Shown here: positions 18,857 to 27,800 of the stretch, piece by piece | How the letters are laid out: the number at the start of each line of letters is the position of its first letter | Numbering within the stretch: the stretch's first letter is position 1 | Origin: a virus | Taxonomy: Duplodnaviria > Heunggongvirae > Uroviricota > Caudoviricetes | Strand: one strand, 5' to 3' | IMG/VR virus record: IMGVR_UViG_3300042009_000026 | Location: 253,368-317,367 of that record | DNA length: 64,000 bases | Notes under the pieces: generated by a model | Database searches by the model: none | Seen by the model: only the letters and a program-made list of their open reading frames with translations | Told to the model about the DNA's origin: nothing | Position numbers and translations under genes: made by a program

Positions 18857-19615
18857 GTGAATAGCAACATGGAATCCGTAAAAGATCTACTGACTGATCC
18901 GCTTAAAGGTAAGAATCGTGCTCAAGGTGTATTGTGCTATCTCTTTCGAGAAGTACTGCTTTGGCGACGTGTGAATCAGATCGTTTGGAATAAGCGACTG
19001 AACGCATACTTTGAAAAACCACATAACCAAGAAAAGCCAGATAAAGGAAACTTGAATAAAGCTCTCCTGAATGATGACTTGCCTTGGGCTGGGTTTAAGA
19101 AGGCGATGGATTTCCTCTCACCACTTGAAGCTAAGCTGGTGATGGATTTTACTTGGCGTGATGGCAGTAGCACTTCGTACGAGATCGTGATCGATCCAGC
19201 TGGGGATGAGAAGCTCCAGTATAAAGACGTCTTCACGTATGAAGGTTGTGACGTATTCAACAAAGCCAAAAAACCGGTATCGACATTAGCGTATCTGTTC
19301 CGACATATCATCGCCCAAGAAGGAATAGATGAGACGCAATGGGAACAGTTGTTTAATGACTATGCTGAAAATCCTGTTAATCAAGTTGGGGTTAAGAAAT
19401 CCGAACTGAACGGCACCATCAGCATGATGAAGCGAGCACTCCTAGATGGGAAACTCTCGTGGAACGTGTTTAGACGTGGTGTACTGTTGCTGAAGCCACA
19501 AAAAGAAGTGTACACCTTGAAGTTGAAGTGGACCACAGACCCACACTTGATCAATAGCATGCCCGATCAAGAATGGTCAGCCACTATCGAAGACCCGTAC
19601 AGTGAGAAAGCGTAA
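18857..19615 (+). CDS. Hypothetical protein with internal domain duplication
   Basis: Two copies of L.YLFR..I/L...W...KA/RALL...L.W..F; start may be ATG 18869. Confidence 0.75.
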   Translation: MNSNMESVKDLLTDPLKGKNRAQGVLCYLFREVLLWRRVNQIVWNKRLNAYFEKPHNQEKPDKGNLNKALLNDDLPWAGFKKAMDFLSPLEAKLVMDFTWRDGSSTSYEIVIDPAGDEKLQYKDVFTYEGCDVFNKAKKPVSTLAYLFRHIIAQEGIDETQWEQLFNDYAENPVNQVGVKKSELNGTISMMKRALLDGKLSWNVFRRGVLLLKPQKEVYTLKLKWTTDPHLINSMPDQEWSATIEDPYSEKA

Positions 19616-19998
19616 TGCAAAAAGTTCTGAACCTGAGCACCATCTCCCGTGATAACCCTTTCTCGGTAGATAACCAAACTCCAAAACAAACTGCGACTGG
19701 TTTGAACTTCCGCACATACCGCGGACTCCGTATGTATCTCATCACGGGCTCTATGGAGCCTGGATGGCTTCGTGCTGTTTACCCTCATGACTTTGCTGCC
19801 CTACATCAGAAACAAGCCGCTTACGTGTTCGTACGCGATCTGAAGGAAATCATGAGTGGTGCTTTGCAACGTGACATCGCCACTCGACCAATGGTTGGAT
19901 TGATTGCTAATCGTAAAACGGAAGTAGTTACGGCTGGCAATACATCTTCTGATTATGAATGGCGCGATATTGTTAAAGAGGTTGTAGCAGGCTTGTAA
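19615..19998 (+). CDS. Hypothetical protein
   Basis: TAATG coupling with the upstream gene. Confidence 0.65.
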   Translation: MQKVLNLSTISRDNPFSVDNQTPKQTATGLNFRTYRGLRMYLITGSMEPGWLRAVYPHDFAALHQKQAAYVFVRDLKEIMSGALQRDIATRPMVGLIANRKTEVVTAGNTSSDYEWRDIVKEVVAGL

Positions 19999-20006
19999 CT
20001 CCAAAC

Positions 20007-20037
20007 AAGTGGCTTCCCTTCGGGGAAGCTGCTTATG
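20007..20037 (+). terminator. UUCG hairpin followed by TATG
   Basis: AAGTGGCTTCCC-TTCG-GGGAAGCTGCT-TATG. Confidence 0.7.
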
Positions 20038-20085
20038 CCAGATCTTATGATCCTCATATTTTTTTTTTACTTCAAGGTGAGCAAA

Positions 20086-21153
20086 ATGGCAGCAATTGCA
20101 CTTCCGTCTTTTCTGGGTACACCAGAAGACGCAACAAAAGTAGTAGACGCATACGGTGAAACTAGTTCAGAACTCCGTACACAACTCTCTTCTAAGATTA
20201 CATCGTTCTCTTCTGGCCTAGGTGGCGTGTTCGATAAGACGGTTGGTATTGCTAAAGGTATCGGTAATAAGCTCCGTACTAATGCCATCGACTTACCATC
20301 AGCCATGCGGCGCGTACAAGGGGCACTGAAGGGCTCTCGATCAGATATTACTAGGATTGCTAGCTCTACTGAAAAGATGATCATGAGTGAGCTCACAGGC
20401 TCTGATAAGAACACCAACTACATCAAGACTGTAACCGATGTAGCGAAGGGTTTAGAACTCATGGTAGGTGATGGTCGTCAAGTTATCGACTCCTTTAAGA
20501 ATGGGGGTTATAACCAAGTCAGTGCAATGGTTGGGTTTATCTCTGATCTAACCGATAGTCCTAACTTAAAGCTATTCGACTTAGGTGCAGAAGCGGCTAT
20601 CTTGCGTGGTGTAGTAGAAGAAGTATCTGCATGGGGCGTTCCTAGTCTGGTCGATAAGATCATGAAGGATCAACCAGATGCTACCAAGTATGCGGTAATC
20701 AAACGTTCTGCTGATCGTATCTCTTACACCAGTTCACTAGACGTATTATTGTCTTATGCCAATGTAGAGTCCAGCAAGAATATCGGCACCGAGCAAGATC
20801 CAAGATATGCTAACATTGGAGCTGGTGCACTTAATGCCAACACCCCTGACTTTGCTATTAAGGTATTGTCTAACTTTGCATTCGTTCAAGGAATTACCGT
20901 AGGGGATTATCCAACACAACTAGCTAAGCTTGTAGAACTAATGAACAAATTAAAACCTGATTGGTTCTGGACATTACGTGGACAACAGCAAGTGTGGAAC
21001 TTAGGTACTCTGGCGACAGCGTCAGAAGATGCAGTGAAGCTTTTCCTATCGTCCCCAGTATATCGGGATGCTATCTTAACCGCTCCATTCTATTCGCCAA
21101 TGCGCGTGGATGAATTAGTAGATACCATGTATCCTTTAACTACAACAGCATAA
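20086..21153 (+). CDS. Virion structural protein (phiKZ gp174-like)
   Basis: ATG 20086 with AAGGTG SD; TATG motifs upstream; convergent with the protease. Confidence 0.65.
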   Translation: MAAIALPSFLGTPEDATKVVDAYGETSSELRTQLSSKITSFSSGLGGVFDKTVGIAKGIGNKLRTNAIDLPSAMRRVQGALKGSRSDITRIASSTEKMIMSELTGSDKNTNYIKTVTDVAKGLELMVGDGRQVIDSFKNGGYNQVSAMVGFISDLTDSPNLKLFDLGAEAAILRGVVEEVSAWGVPSLVDKIMKDQPDATKYAVIKRSADRISYTSSLDVLLSYANVESSKNIGTEQDPRYANIGAGALNANTPDFAIKVLSNFAFVQGITVGDYPTQLAKLVELMNKLKPDWFWTLRGQQQVWNLGTLATASEDAVKLFLSSPVYRDAILTAPFYSPMRVDELVDTMYPLTTTA

Positions 21154-21162
21154 CGACATAAT

Positions 21163-21182
21163 GGCTACCCTTCGGGGTAGCC
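21163..21182. terminator. Bidirectional UUCG hairpin
   Basis: GGCTACCC-TTCG-GGGTAGCC flanked by ACGACATA and TATGCTGT. Confidence 0.8.
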
Positions 21183-21200
21183 TTATGCTGTATTTTTTTG

Positions 21201-22031
21201 TTACGACATGTAGCGAGGGCGCCGAGTAGCTGGACGACGTTCCCAACCCAGATTAGTAATCAGGTCAGATACATCGAGATGGCTAGCAGATTCCAAACCT
21301 TGAGCTTTACGCTTCTCAGCTTCATCTTGCAAGGCCCACAGAGTAGTCGGGTTAATCGTCATTTCTGTTTCAGCGAATGATTCTAGTGCAGGAGAGTTGT
21401 GCTTACCCGCTACATAGATACCACCTTCACCAACGAAGTCCCAGGTAGAGATTTCACGAGTGTACTTAATACCACGCATTACATCGTCTTGGGTAATCGA
21501 ACGTACTGAGCAATAAGTGTTGATGTGTGGATTGGTAATAGATGCTTCGAACTCTTTAGCGAAAGGACCGTAAGGTTTAACTTCAGCAATAACGAGTTTG
21601 CAAGGACGACCATTCTCATCTCGGCCATCGACAATAGTCAATGCACGGATGTGTGCGCAAACACGATCATCATCGATCTTACGGATACGACCCAGGTATT
21701 CCCGATCGTCCATATAGCGTTTGCATTTCTCACCATCTTTCAGAACCCATTCCCAAGGCTCAGGGTGTTTGAATTCCATGTACAGCACTTGCTTGAGCAA
21801 GCGGCGCATTAATGGAGAACCAGGTGTAAACATTGATACACCTGATGCGGCATCATAAAACATACCGGCAGAGTTTTGGGTGCCATAAGCGCCAACGCAG
21901 AGAGTGTAATACCCATCTGCGTCAGGAGTCAGGATGCCTTTCTTACCACCGGCAGTCAGAAGACTACCGCTAATACGTACTTGGTTACCGGCTTGCTTCT
22001 GGACACCAAAGTAATCTTGAGCTGTGCTCAT
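21201..22031 (-). CDS. Prohead (head maturation) serine protease (phiKZ gp175-like)
   Basis: EFKHP (His), YCSVRS (Ser), TWDFV (Asp) motifs; C-terminal ALE/GLE self-cleavage sites. Confidence 0.85.
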   Translation of the reverse strand: MSTAQDYFGVQKQAGNQVRISGSLLTAGGKKGILTPDADGYYTLCVGAYGTQNSAGMFYDAASGVSMFTPGSPLMRRLLKQVLYMEFKHPEPWEWVLKDGEKCKRYMDDREYLGRIRKIDDDRVCAHIRALTIVDGRDENGRPCKLVIAEVKPYGPFAKEFEASITNPHINTYCSVRSITQDDVMRGIKYTREISTWDFVGEGGIYVAGKHNSPALESFAETEMTINPTTLWALQDEAEKRKAQGLESASHLDVSDLITNLGWERRPATRRPRYMS

Positions 22032-22042
22032 AATGGTGTTCC

Positions 22043-22756
22043 TTACGTACGAAGAATTTCTTCAATCAGTTCTACAGACTCACTCGGGTTAACTACCGCT
22101 GTGTTGATAGCGTCAGCAAAGTAAGCACCGTTCAATCGGCTAGTGGTATCGGAGGTGTTCCAAACTACAGAGCGGAAAGGAATAACTTTAGGTGGGTTGG
22201 TGACAACATCCGAATGGTTATTCAGAATGTGTCGGTACAGTCGTGTCAGGTCGTCTTTATCACGAGCAGTTGTCGAGATAATCAGTTCCAAGATCGCACG
22301 TGAACCCAAGTTAACACCAGCATGCAGCGAAGCAGTGTCAAACATCTTGGCCATGTCGTAATAGTTCATGTACCACGGAATGTTCCCTTTAGCGACTAGT
22401 TCATCGTAAAGGTAATAAGTCAGTGTATCGTTCACTACGAGTTGGTTGTTCACAAATACCACATCACCAGGTTCAAAAGAGAACTCAAAGTAATCAGTAC
22501 CACGAACTGTAACTTTCTTAGTCGAGCTTGGACGGATCTGCATCATTGCAATTGTGTTATCAACACCGTAATATTGGTCATTCACAATGAGAGCATAGAA
22601 CCCAACGATAAAAACTTCAGAACCTAGGATCGCTAGGTCCTTATTCTGAAATCGTACAGGCACATGAATCTTAACAGGAGCATCTGTAACAGTGCTCCCA
22701 TTCTCTTGTAGATGTAGGTGTTGGAACACACGCTTTGCATCGCGTGTTAACTCCAT
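22043..22756 (-). CDS. Conserved phiKZ-like protein (gp176-like)
   Basis: 237 aa, SD AAGGGGA; synteny. Confidence 0.7.
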   Translation of the reverse strand: MELTRDAKRVFQHLHLQENGSTVTDAPVKIHVPVRFQNKDLAILGSEVFIVGFYALIVNDQYYGVDNTIAMMQIRPSSTKKVTVRGTDYFEFSFEPGDVVFVNNQLVVNDTLTYYLYDELVAKGNIPWYMNYYDMAKMFDTASLHAGVNLGSRAILELIISTTARDKDDLTRLYRHILNNHSDVVTNPPKVIPFRSVVWNTSDTTSRLNGAYFADAINTAVVNPSESVELIEEILRT

Positions 22757-23028
22757 TACTTGGTCCCCTTGATCTCTTTCTCAACCTTAGCTAAGTCAGC
22801 CTTAAATTGTTTCAGTGCTTCCGCAAGATCTTCCTCATCGGAGAGATACCAGGATTCACAGATACGATCATAAGCTTTCTCTTTCTTAGCATCACCATTG
22901 GTAGACGCATTCAGTACTTCCATGCGTGCAATCAATGGCTCCATTTCTTTAGGATACTTAGAAGCGAGGTTACGTACACGGGTTGACTGGCAACCCGCTT
23001 TATGAATACGTTGATCAAGGGTTAACGC
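22756..23028 (-). CDS. 90-aa domain, probable -1 frameshift extension of ORF 24647 (track calls 62 aa from ATG 22944)
   Basis: Frame open from 23049 to stop at 22756; entered through G_GGA_AAG; ATG 22944 has no clear SD. Confidence 0.6.
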   Translation of the reverse strand, partial: ALTLDQRIHKAGCQSTRVRNLASKYPKEMEPLIARMEVLNASTNGDAKKEKAYDRICESWYLSDEEDLAEALKQFKADLAKVEKEIKGTK

Positions 23029-24647
23029 TTTCCCGAGTGTGCCTCGAGACTAGCATCAGTATCTTCGTCTTCAGCATCCAGTTCATCGGCTTCATCAGTC
23101 TCTTCGACCAAAGGACCTTCACCGGTAGCTGCATCAGCGATAGCGCCTTCTGCTTCACCACCTGTAGGCTCCTCTAGTGCTGCTGGAGCTTGTTCGATAA
23201 CTTCAGGCTTGAACCGTTCGACTTGGATCTGACTGGCTGCCCAGACAGCGTACAGAGAGAACAGTGCGTTAGTGGACAGTTCACGACGAGAAGCTTCAGG
23301 AGCTTCTTGGCCAGCCTTATCCATCAGTTGCATATATTCCCAGTAAGTAGATTCAGGGAAGTAGATACGGCAGATCAGTTGACCGAAAGCAACGAACTCA
23401 TTGCACAGTTGTTCTGGACGAACAGCACGGATAGCATCAACGACTTTATCACGCAGACCATCTACTTGCATTTCAGCAAGAGTACCTTGACCAGCTTGAT
23501 TAACGAATGCTTCGATCATGTCTTGACGACGGGAACGTTCAGCATTGTCAGTAGCAGCTTGTTGGATCAGTGGATAGATAGCTTGGAACTTCTGAATGAA
23601 GTAGACCTTACGCTCTTCTAGTCGAGCTATGGTTTGGCTACCACTGTTTTCCAGAGCAGAACCCAGGACAGCAGACAGGTCGCCATTAGCAGCACGCCAT
23701 TGTGGTTCAACGTCACCATTCAGCCATACCACTAGACGACGGTTCTCGATTGCATTAGCTGCTTCAGCGCGGAGTACCAGCACGCCATTGCGCTGGTCTT
23801 CAGCACGACGCTGATAAGCACGCAACAGATAAGCACCAATCATCTCGTGAAGCATACGCATCACATGCATCCATTCTTCGTAGCCTACATTCATCTCGCC
23901 TACTGGTTCGCATGGGTTCTCACCCAGGTGACCACACAGGAAGTATGCCAGCAACAGACCATCAATGTTGAAAGGAGCATTAGTCCCAACAACGAAAGAA
24001 AGTTCACCAACAGTAAGAGCTTTGTTACGATTGAACAAGTCAGCATAAGTACGGCTGATGACTTCTGGATCTACACCCAGCAACCATTCGGTAATTTGTT
24101 CACGTTCAGCATGTGGGTTATTGATCGAGACCATTTCGATGATCTGTTCAACACCTTGAGCTGGGAGAATAAATGTACGGTATTGAGGTTGTGGATTTAC
24201 GTTTGCATAGTTCTGCAAATGAGAAGTCAAACGTGGTTCCGAATGGATAGCATTGTAACGGAAGATGTCAGCACGAATATCAGCAGAAGTAGAAGCTTGC
24301 TGACGTTCATTGAAGTCACGTACCATCGAGTCAATACCCGGAATAACAACGTTGGCTACATTGTACTGGATCTTACCCAGAGCAGCAGCAACCAGACTGA
24401 CCATATCCTTGTTGTCTTCTTCGACAGTGATAGGTTGTTCTTCGTTCATTTCGGTAAAGTGATCTTCAACCGATGCAACGAGTTCATCGGATACTTCTGG
24501 ACCGGCGGTAGGTTCATCTACAGCATAGCCGCTTGCGAACTGAGCAACAGGAAACTCAGGATTCGGAACGACCAGCACTTGACTCGATTCAGTCAGTTGT
24601 TGTGCAATCAGTTTTACAGACTGCACGGTGTTGGCGATATCAGACAT
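23022..24647 (-). CDS. Head-associated protein (phiKZ gp177-like) with acidic C-terminal tail
   Basis: ATG 24647 with AAAGGA SD; ASVE, AALE, ASLE protease-type motifs; synteny. Confidence 0.7.
   Translation of the reverse strand: MSDIANTVQSVKLIAQQLTESSQVLVVPNPEFPVAQFASGYAVDEPTAGPEVSDELVASVEDHFTEMNEEQPITVEEDNKDMVSLVAAALGKIQYNVANVVIPGIDSMVRDFNERQQASTSADIRADIFRYNAIHSEPRLTSHLQNYANVNPQPQYRTFILPAQGVEQIIEMVSINNPHAEREQITEWLLGVDPEVISRTYADLFNRNKALTVGELSFVVGTNAPFNIDGLLLAYFLCGHLGENPCEPVGEMNVGYEEWMHVMRMLHEMIGAYLLRAYQRRAEDQRNGVLVLRAEAANAIENRRLVVWLNGDVEPQWRAANGDLSAVLGSALENSGSQTIARLEERKVYFIQKFQAIYPLIQQAATDNAERSRRQDMIEAFVNQAGQGTLAEMQVDGLRDKVVDAIRAVRPEQLCNEFVAFGQLICRIYFPESTYWEYMQLMDKAGQEAPEASRRELSTNALFSLYAVWAASQIQVERFKPEVIEQAPAALEEPTGGEAEGAIADAATGEGPLVEETDEADELDAEDEDTDASLEAHSGKR
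23028..23034 (-). other. Predicted -1 slippery heptamer G_GGA_AAG
   Basis: Zero frame TCG GGA AAG CGT TAA; same heptamer as the lambda G/GT frameshift. Confidence 0.65.
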
Positions 24648-24657
24648 GATGTTTCCT

Positions 24658-24855
24658 TTAGATTGCGAGTTGTTTAGCAATACGGGCAGCCAGGGCTTCC
24701 TGGATGTCTTGCTTAGTTAGGAATACCCCGTTCAATGTGGACGAAGTATGTTCGGTGCCGAGGATGCGCAGAATTGCTTCTGCGCCCAGTTCGACAGCGG
24801 CAGACAGAATCGAAAGATTCTGCCCGTGTGCGACGTTGTTACTTAGATTTTGCAT
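24658..24855 (-). CDS. Small hypothetical protein
   Basis: ATG 24855 with GAGGA SD, overlapping the RNAP beta end. Confidence 0.6.
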   Translation of the reverse strand: MQNLSNNVAHGQNLSILSAAVELGAEAILRILGTEHTSSTLNGVFLTKQDIQEALAARIAKQLAI

Positions 24856-27800
24856 TTGCAGTTCCTCTGTAGACACCTACCAGGTGCTTTGACAATTCAG
24901 CAAGAAGGATAGTGGTTGTTCCGATCAGCTTAGGGCTCAGTACCATCCGTTCTTCAACGGAAGTGTTACCGAAGATAAGGTCGATATCCAATCCAGATTT
25001 AGTCTGGTTAACGCCACGCATCACACGAGAGAATACAGTCTTCATCTGGTTAGCAACTACACCTTTGTCACCGACACCACAAGGGATATCGTGATCGATG
25101 TAAACGTTGATTACCAATGACTGAGGTTCAAGACCATTACCACGGATGCGGTATTCATGATCCACTTCACCGGAGAAATATTCGTGACCGCGAGATTTAG
25201 CTTGCTTCTCACGTTCTTGGTCAGAAGCATAAGCTACTTGACGAAGGCTATCGGACATCTCATCACGATCGCCGTGATAGAAACATTCGATCTTGGATAC
25301 GTAACCAACAACCTTGGCACGTGGTGTATAGTTGGATAGTTTCGCGAGTGTTTCACGCGATACCTCATCAAACACTGAACTCTTACCCGAGTCGGAATCG
25401 ATAATCGTACATAGAATTGAATCCAAATCCACGTGATCCCCGATCTTCACCATGCCTTCGATGTTTTGATCAAAGCGTACAGAGATCGATTTGATCTTCG
25501 TAGTCTGGGTATTCATCTTAGCGGCACAGCTTTCGGAAATAACCGATCCGTCTTCCAGTGTGTCCAAGTTGTCACTAAATGCAACGACTGTGTTGACACC
25601 GGCTTTCCAGATTACTTGCCCAGGGGACATGCGATCGTTCTGGAAATACTTCTCATTATAAGCCAGTGTTTGCCCACGTTTAAATGAATCACCAGCTTTC
25701 AGGTCTGAGACGATTGAGTGCGGGTAATGTGTACCTGCAGCAGATCCGTGGATCTTACCCATTTGGTACGATGTAGTTTCACCATTCGCATACTCGACAG
25801 TAATCCCATGGTCATCAACGGCAACAACCTTACCGTCGTCTTCCGCCGCAGAAGCAAAGATGGAGCTAGTCCGCTGAGCAACAATCTGTTCATACCCAGT
25901 ACGGAGAGGAGTCGGTTCATATCCATCAGCATAAATCCCTTGTTGTTGTTGGATTGAGATAAAGTTGATACGCTTAGTATCGTCGTTCGTTGTAGCCACA
26001 CCCAACAGTGCACAAGTCGACAGTTGTCGAGCTGGACCATCGGTAGTAGGATCGAATGGACGAGTAGTACCACGCATCGTATTGAAGTTAGCATCTGGTG
26101 TCAGATAAGCAATAACGCCCACGTCACCGGAGTCAACTGTAGACTCAGATACTACACCTACGTCAGCTTCACCGTACACACGAGTACGAGCAACCATCGA
26201 TGTAGTTGAACGACCACCATCACCACGATAGGTCATGGATTCCTGTTCACGAATGTTAGCCAGTGGGTTAGAATCTTCCACCACCATTACGGTTGGATCT
26301 TGACAGATCTTCTTCCATACAACCGAAGGGTCCATCACGACTTGAACAGCAGCAGAACCAGTAGCGCCATTGAAACGCTTCACTGCTTTGTTGAGTTCAT
26401 TATAAACAGCACCCGCCATACGCTCGTAACCACGATAACGCATGTATGCACCATCTACTTCAGCAGGCGACCAGTCGATCAGTAACATATCAACAGCACG
26501 ATACAGCAAGCCGTCAAATGTAGTAGGTTCACCCATCTGCTTTAACAGACCTTCAGTAATCGGGTCCATCCAAGCTGCGAACAAAGCATCGATCTCTTTA
26601 GTGAATCGAGCAGTCATCCCAGTTTCTAACAAGAGACGCTGATAAACATCAGGCTTATCGAAATCATAGATCGAGAAGTTAGGTAACAGTTTAGCGTATT
26701 TCCGCATACCGCCAAGAATCAGTTGTGTACGGTAATCCCCACGATCAAACACCAGTACTTCGTCTTGGAAGGCGAGTACATAGTTGTCAGAAGAAAGAGG
26801 AATACGTTCACCACGACGGTGACGAGTGAACTTAGCATTCAAACGTTTCAGTGTTGCGGTCAAGCCATACCGGTAACCCAATACGAAAGCCAGTGGAAGA
26901 TCTTTCGAACCCACGTTCATGAAGGCGCCTTCGAGTGGAGCTTTGGCTTGATCTAAGCCCAGCATCTCTACAACCGATCCGAGTGGTTCAAGATTGTCCT
27001 GGCTCTTAATATAGAACTGACCTGTCTTGTCTACTAGGATTGGCGTCTTGCCGTTATGAACACCAACCATCGTGTACTGTTTTGTTTCGTGCTTGGTAGC
27101 ATCGATCTTGTACTTGGTCTGGAAGTATTCAATGTGGTCATCGAACTTGAAGTACAAGAACATAGGACCAGAAGTGAAACCACGGAAAGCAGAACCCAGT
27201 TGCGTGTAGACACGAGGCAGTGCATATTCGGATTGATCGAGTTCAGCGTAGAGTACGTGAGTAATGCGATCGTCTTCCGGATCTAGACCACGTTCACGAA
27301 TCTGACGAGTAATCCAAGCATCGTAGTTGTGGGCGGCCAAATGCGAACGAGTAATGAACGTCTTGTTGTAATACGATGTCATCGCTACTGTATCAGGCTT
27401 CACCTTACGGATAGGCAAGTCAGCGCGTTGCATACGCATCCGGTAAGTAACACCGTTAGACATGAATCGACCATCACGGTCAACCACAGGAATACGGAAA
27501 TAAATAACACCGGACTTACCACGTACAGGCTTCAATGTAACTTTGTGAATCTCGTAGTGGTTCATTGCGTTACGCACTTCTTCCACTTCGTAGTTCACTA
27601 CAGAAGTACCTTGTTTCTGTACCGAGAGTACAGCGTTAATCAAGTCCTTATTACGAAGGGAAGTCTGATACTTACGCTGCATCGCTTTTAGCTTAGAACC
27701 CAACATGGACTTGTCGAGTACTGTAGGCGAATCAGCTAATACCGTATCAGCAGGTAGTTCATAATCTTCTTGAGCATATTCCATCGCTTCTTCAAGAGAC

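Noticed and set aside
20058-20068. Poly-T tracts (also near 48623-48632) as phase-variation switches
   Set aside because: They are intergenic once starts are corrected and sit downstream of terminator hairpins.
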